Below, one piece after another: positions 61,330-64,000 of a stretch of DNA of 64,000 nt (position 1 is its first letter; each line of letters begins with the position of its first letter). The stretch spans positions 1,240,001 to 1,304,000 of the forward strand of contig CM074806.1 of assembly GCA_037447605.1 (NCBI GenBank), given 5' to 3'. Position numbers and translations under genes: made by a program. This DNA is from Zygnema circumcarinatum SAG 698-1b (Eukaryota; Plantae; Zygnematophyceae). The notes beneath the pieces are model-generated. The model saw nothing but the letters and a program-made list of their open reading frames with translations, was not told the origin of the DNA and ran no database searches.

Positions 61330-62811
61330 CTATAAGCGAACAAAGCCGTTTTTGCCAGGGGAGCCGCGAATGGGACCCTGCAACACTTCCGGTGGATTCA
61401 TGGGATTATCCCCGGACTCGAAATTGCTGTCCACACTGCTCCCCATGGCGGACTCCTCCATCTCCGCCCCTCCATCCAGCATCTCCTCGGGGTTGATGTA
61501 CAGCCCGGTCTCGCCCTCCTCCACTATTTGGTAGTACTGCGAGGTCCTGACCTCTTGGCAGAGAGTGCAGTAGGGGCAGAGCAGCCATAGCGCGCAGTCC
61601 GTGAGCTTTGCGTTCCCGCATACCCATCTGCTCGCCGGCAGGCGGAAGGCTTTGCGCATGTGCGACCGCCACACGGCGCCGTACACGAGGCCGAGCTCGG
61701 CCACCACGAGGCCCATAACGGCAACAAGCTGCCGCGTGTCACCGTCCTTTACGGTTTGAGCAGCAAGCTCGAAGAGAAGGAGGGGGCCGACAATGACAAG
61801 GAGGAAAGTGCTCGTCTGAATGTACTTGTTGCCGAAGCCGAGACGATGCATGTGCAAGCCGAACATGACGAAGGGGAGGAGGCAGGTGAGGAGGGCTGTT
61901 CTCCTCTTGGCAAAGCAGCCGGGGCATACGGAGCCCTGCCATTGGGGATGTTCCACCACCTTCCCGTCAAGAGCAAACACCAGTTTTCGCTCCCTGAACA
62001 CTATCTGCCCGTCCTCCATAGACGAACTGCTTCCCACTTCGTTGTAGTCACGTTGCAAAGGGCTCATGATCGCGTAGAGAAAGGCGACTCCGGGGCTGAT
62101 GGTTGCCGCCACGAGGGTGATCCAAACAGCAGAAAGCGGCCGCTCACCTCGAGGATACGCCCAATAGATGATGGCCAGCGCGTACATGCTGATGCACATG
62201 ATGTGAAGGAGGATGACGAGGTTCATCATGTGCAGCTGGTCGCGAGGCTTGCGGTGCCCTCCGCGGCAGTAGTACTCTCTCAGCTCCTTCTTGTCCTTGG
62301 GAGTCCAACGGTAGAGCATGTAGGAGTGGCGAATGAAGACCGGATGGAAAACTGCGTTCATAAGCACGCAGAGCGCGTTCAGGATTTGCGTGGTGATGTC
62401 GGCCCACTCCTCCCTCTTCTCCTTGCTTTCGAAGTATTTGTCGAGGAAGCCGAGCTCAAGGAGGCAGAGCAGCACAGTTCCAACGCCCGACAGGAGAAGC
62501 CATATGACAAGCGCAACATTAAGGGGGTCCTTCATGAAGGTCTTGGTCCACTGCCATAGCTGCCCCCACGAGATCTCTCCGTACATGGGAATTTTCACCC
62601 CATGCCGCAGACGAATTCTCTTCTTCTTTGCGTCGGCCGGCGAGCCCCCTACTTCAAAAGGGGGGACATCTCCCGCCTCCGCATCGCGTTCAGAGGGGAG
62701 GCCTGCGGGGTCCGTCGGTGCTCCCAAAGTGTTCGTTGCCGCGAGCTTGATCTTATGAGGTTGCTCGTGCTGCAAGGGAGAGAGATTCGCTCCCTGCCCT
62801 TGGCCGGCCAT
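61330..62811 (-). CDS. DUF2985 plus PLAC8 (cysteine-rich) membrane protein, single coding exon
   Basis: Several TM segments, QILNAL..HP, LREYYCRGG.RKP, PQWQGS, YGAVWRSHMRKAFRLP and DCALWLLCPYCTLCQEVRT (PLAC8 QE motif). The start is chosen just after an AG acceptor at about 62865; probable 5'-UTR exons lie to the right. Confidence 0.9.
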   Translation of the reverse strand: MAGQGQGANLSPLQHEQPHKIKLAATNTLGAPTDPAGLPSERDAEAGDVPPFEVGGSPADAKKKRIRLRHGVKIPMYGEISWGQLWQWTKTFMKDPLNVALVIWLLLSGVGTVLLCLLELGFLDKYFESKEKREEWADITTQILNALCVLMNAVFHPVFIRHSYMLYRWTPKDKKELREYYCRGGHRKPRDQLHMMNLVILLHIMCISMYALAIIYWAYPRGERPLSAVWITLVAATISPGVAFLYAIMSPLQRDYNEVGSSSSMEDGQIVFRERKLVFALDGKVVEHPQWQGSVCPGCFAKRRTALLTCLLPFVMFGLHMHRLGFGNKYIQTSTFLLVIVGPLLLFELAAQTVKDGDTRQLVAVMGLVVAELGLVYGAVWRSHMRKAFRLPASRWVCGNAKLTDCALWLLCPYCTLCQEVRTSQYYQIVEEGETGLYINPEEMLDGGAEMEESAMGSSVDSNFESGDNPMNPPEVLQGPIRGSPGKNGFVRL

Positions 62812-64000
62812 AGTCGCTGCACGGTCATCCAGCAGCGAGTTGAAGTTAAGGACGCCAAACCTTACTGCGCATGCACAATCCCTATCCCGGTGGGAGGCAA
62901 AAGGGCATTCTATGCAGTCACAGCACCCGTAGACTCGTCGTCTTTTATCAAGGGAATGACATGGCATAATATGGACAGAAAATTGCATGAACGACCATCG
63001 GATACCCGTTGTGGAGAGGGACCCAATATGCTGACATTATATAACATAAGATTACCCCATCGCTCACATCGTCCATTTCGGTCAAAAAGTCAACCATCAG
63101 CATTCTTTCACGTGCTGAGAAATCGTTTTCGCTTCTTCAGATTTCTTCGTCGCAGTCAAGTTTCTTGTCTAAATCACGTCAAAATCCAAACCTAACAGTG
63201 TCTTACAACCCAAGCAGACAAAGAGACGTTGTGCATGCGCATTAAGGGATACATTCCTGCAATTATTTGCCGCTGAAACCCACCGAGCTCGTTGCTCTCG
63301 TATACCTGTAATGTCATTGTGACTTCAACTAAAAAGCACTGTTTGATGCCAGAAAATTGCTATGGCTCACAAACAACGACAGGTGGAACCTGAAGGTTAC
63401 TTCTCCCATTCTGTGGATTAAGACCTTTTGACACAAAACAATCTTGCAATCCACATGATCAACCATTAACCCGCTACCCTTCAATGATCAGAGTTGCCCC
63501 TCTCGCCAACTAAAAGCTGTATTATCTCACTAATTTGTAATCTCCCGACTCCATTGACAGTGCCCAAGCCTGCCGTTACTGCAGTATTGAAAATAGAGAA
63601 ATGCAGATCTGCAGCAGTCGAACCAGAACCTCCCTCCCCGTTCGGCCAGCGACAACGGTCGACGGGATCGACCGAGAAGAGGAAATCGAAGCGGAGACCA
63701 AAGAATGAACGCGCCATTCCACAACCTTGAGACGACCGCGAAGAATGAACGAAGGCAAACTCACCACAAACAGCTCAAATGCTTTCAACGAAAGACGAAC
63801 GCCAACGTGCTGCTTCGCTCTCTAGCCTCTCCTCCCACCTCCCTGGCCGCCTCCCCTCCTACCCCGTCCTCCAGATCCGCACTCTTCGCCCCTTCCAGCG
63901 CCCCAGGTCCCTTCCTCCCAGAAGCGGCTCATTCACCCGCGGTCCCCCCCCCTCCCCTCCCCTCCCCTCCCCTCCTTTCCCCTCCCGTCCCTTCTTCCCC

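Noticed and set aside
61660-62559. 299-aa plus-strand ORF antisense to PLAC8, and similar antisense ORFs elsewhere
   Set aside because: Shadow frame of a GC-rich coding exon with no recognisable domain.

Overview
Gene-dense, intron-rich eukaryotic nuclear DNA. Gene content (FtsHi3, VIH-type PPIP5K, FAS2, plant-type SBP and ECH2) points to a streptophyte, either a charophyte alga or an early-diverging land plant; the lineage is an inference. I could splice 12 protein-coding genes by hand: selenium-binding protein/methanethiol oxidase (runs off the left edge), CAF-1 p60/FAS2, lipoyl synthase, VIP1/VIH inositol pyrophosphate kinase, sphingolipid delta-4 desaturase, D-lactate dehydrogenase, SGF29, peroxisomal enoyl-CoA hydratase 2, FtsHi3, an ATM-type ABCB half transporter, microsomal GST3 and a DUF2985/PLAC8 protein. 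Eight of them form four head-to-head pairs. Intergenic DNA holds a Tc1/mariner-type MITE packed with GTAC motifs upstream of the desaturase, two inverted Ty1/copia integrase relics, a possible decayed nuclease-plus-kinase gene, G-box clusters, telomere-like tracts and G-rich repeats. There is a 10-N assembly gap at 3422-3431. I saw no tRNA, rRNA or CRISPR array. No new system is proven from sequence alone. The best leads are the GTAC-loaded MITE as a mobile promoter module, the ATM/MGST3/PLAC8 thiol-metal neighbourhood and the nuclease-kinase relic. Coordinates and motif counts were done by hand and may be off by a few bases.
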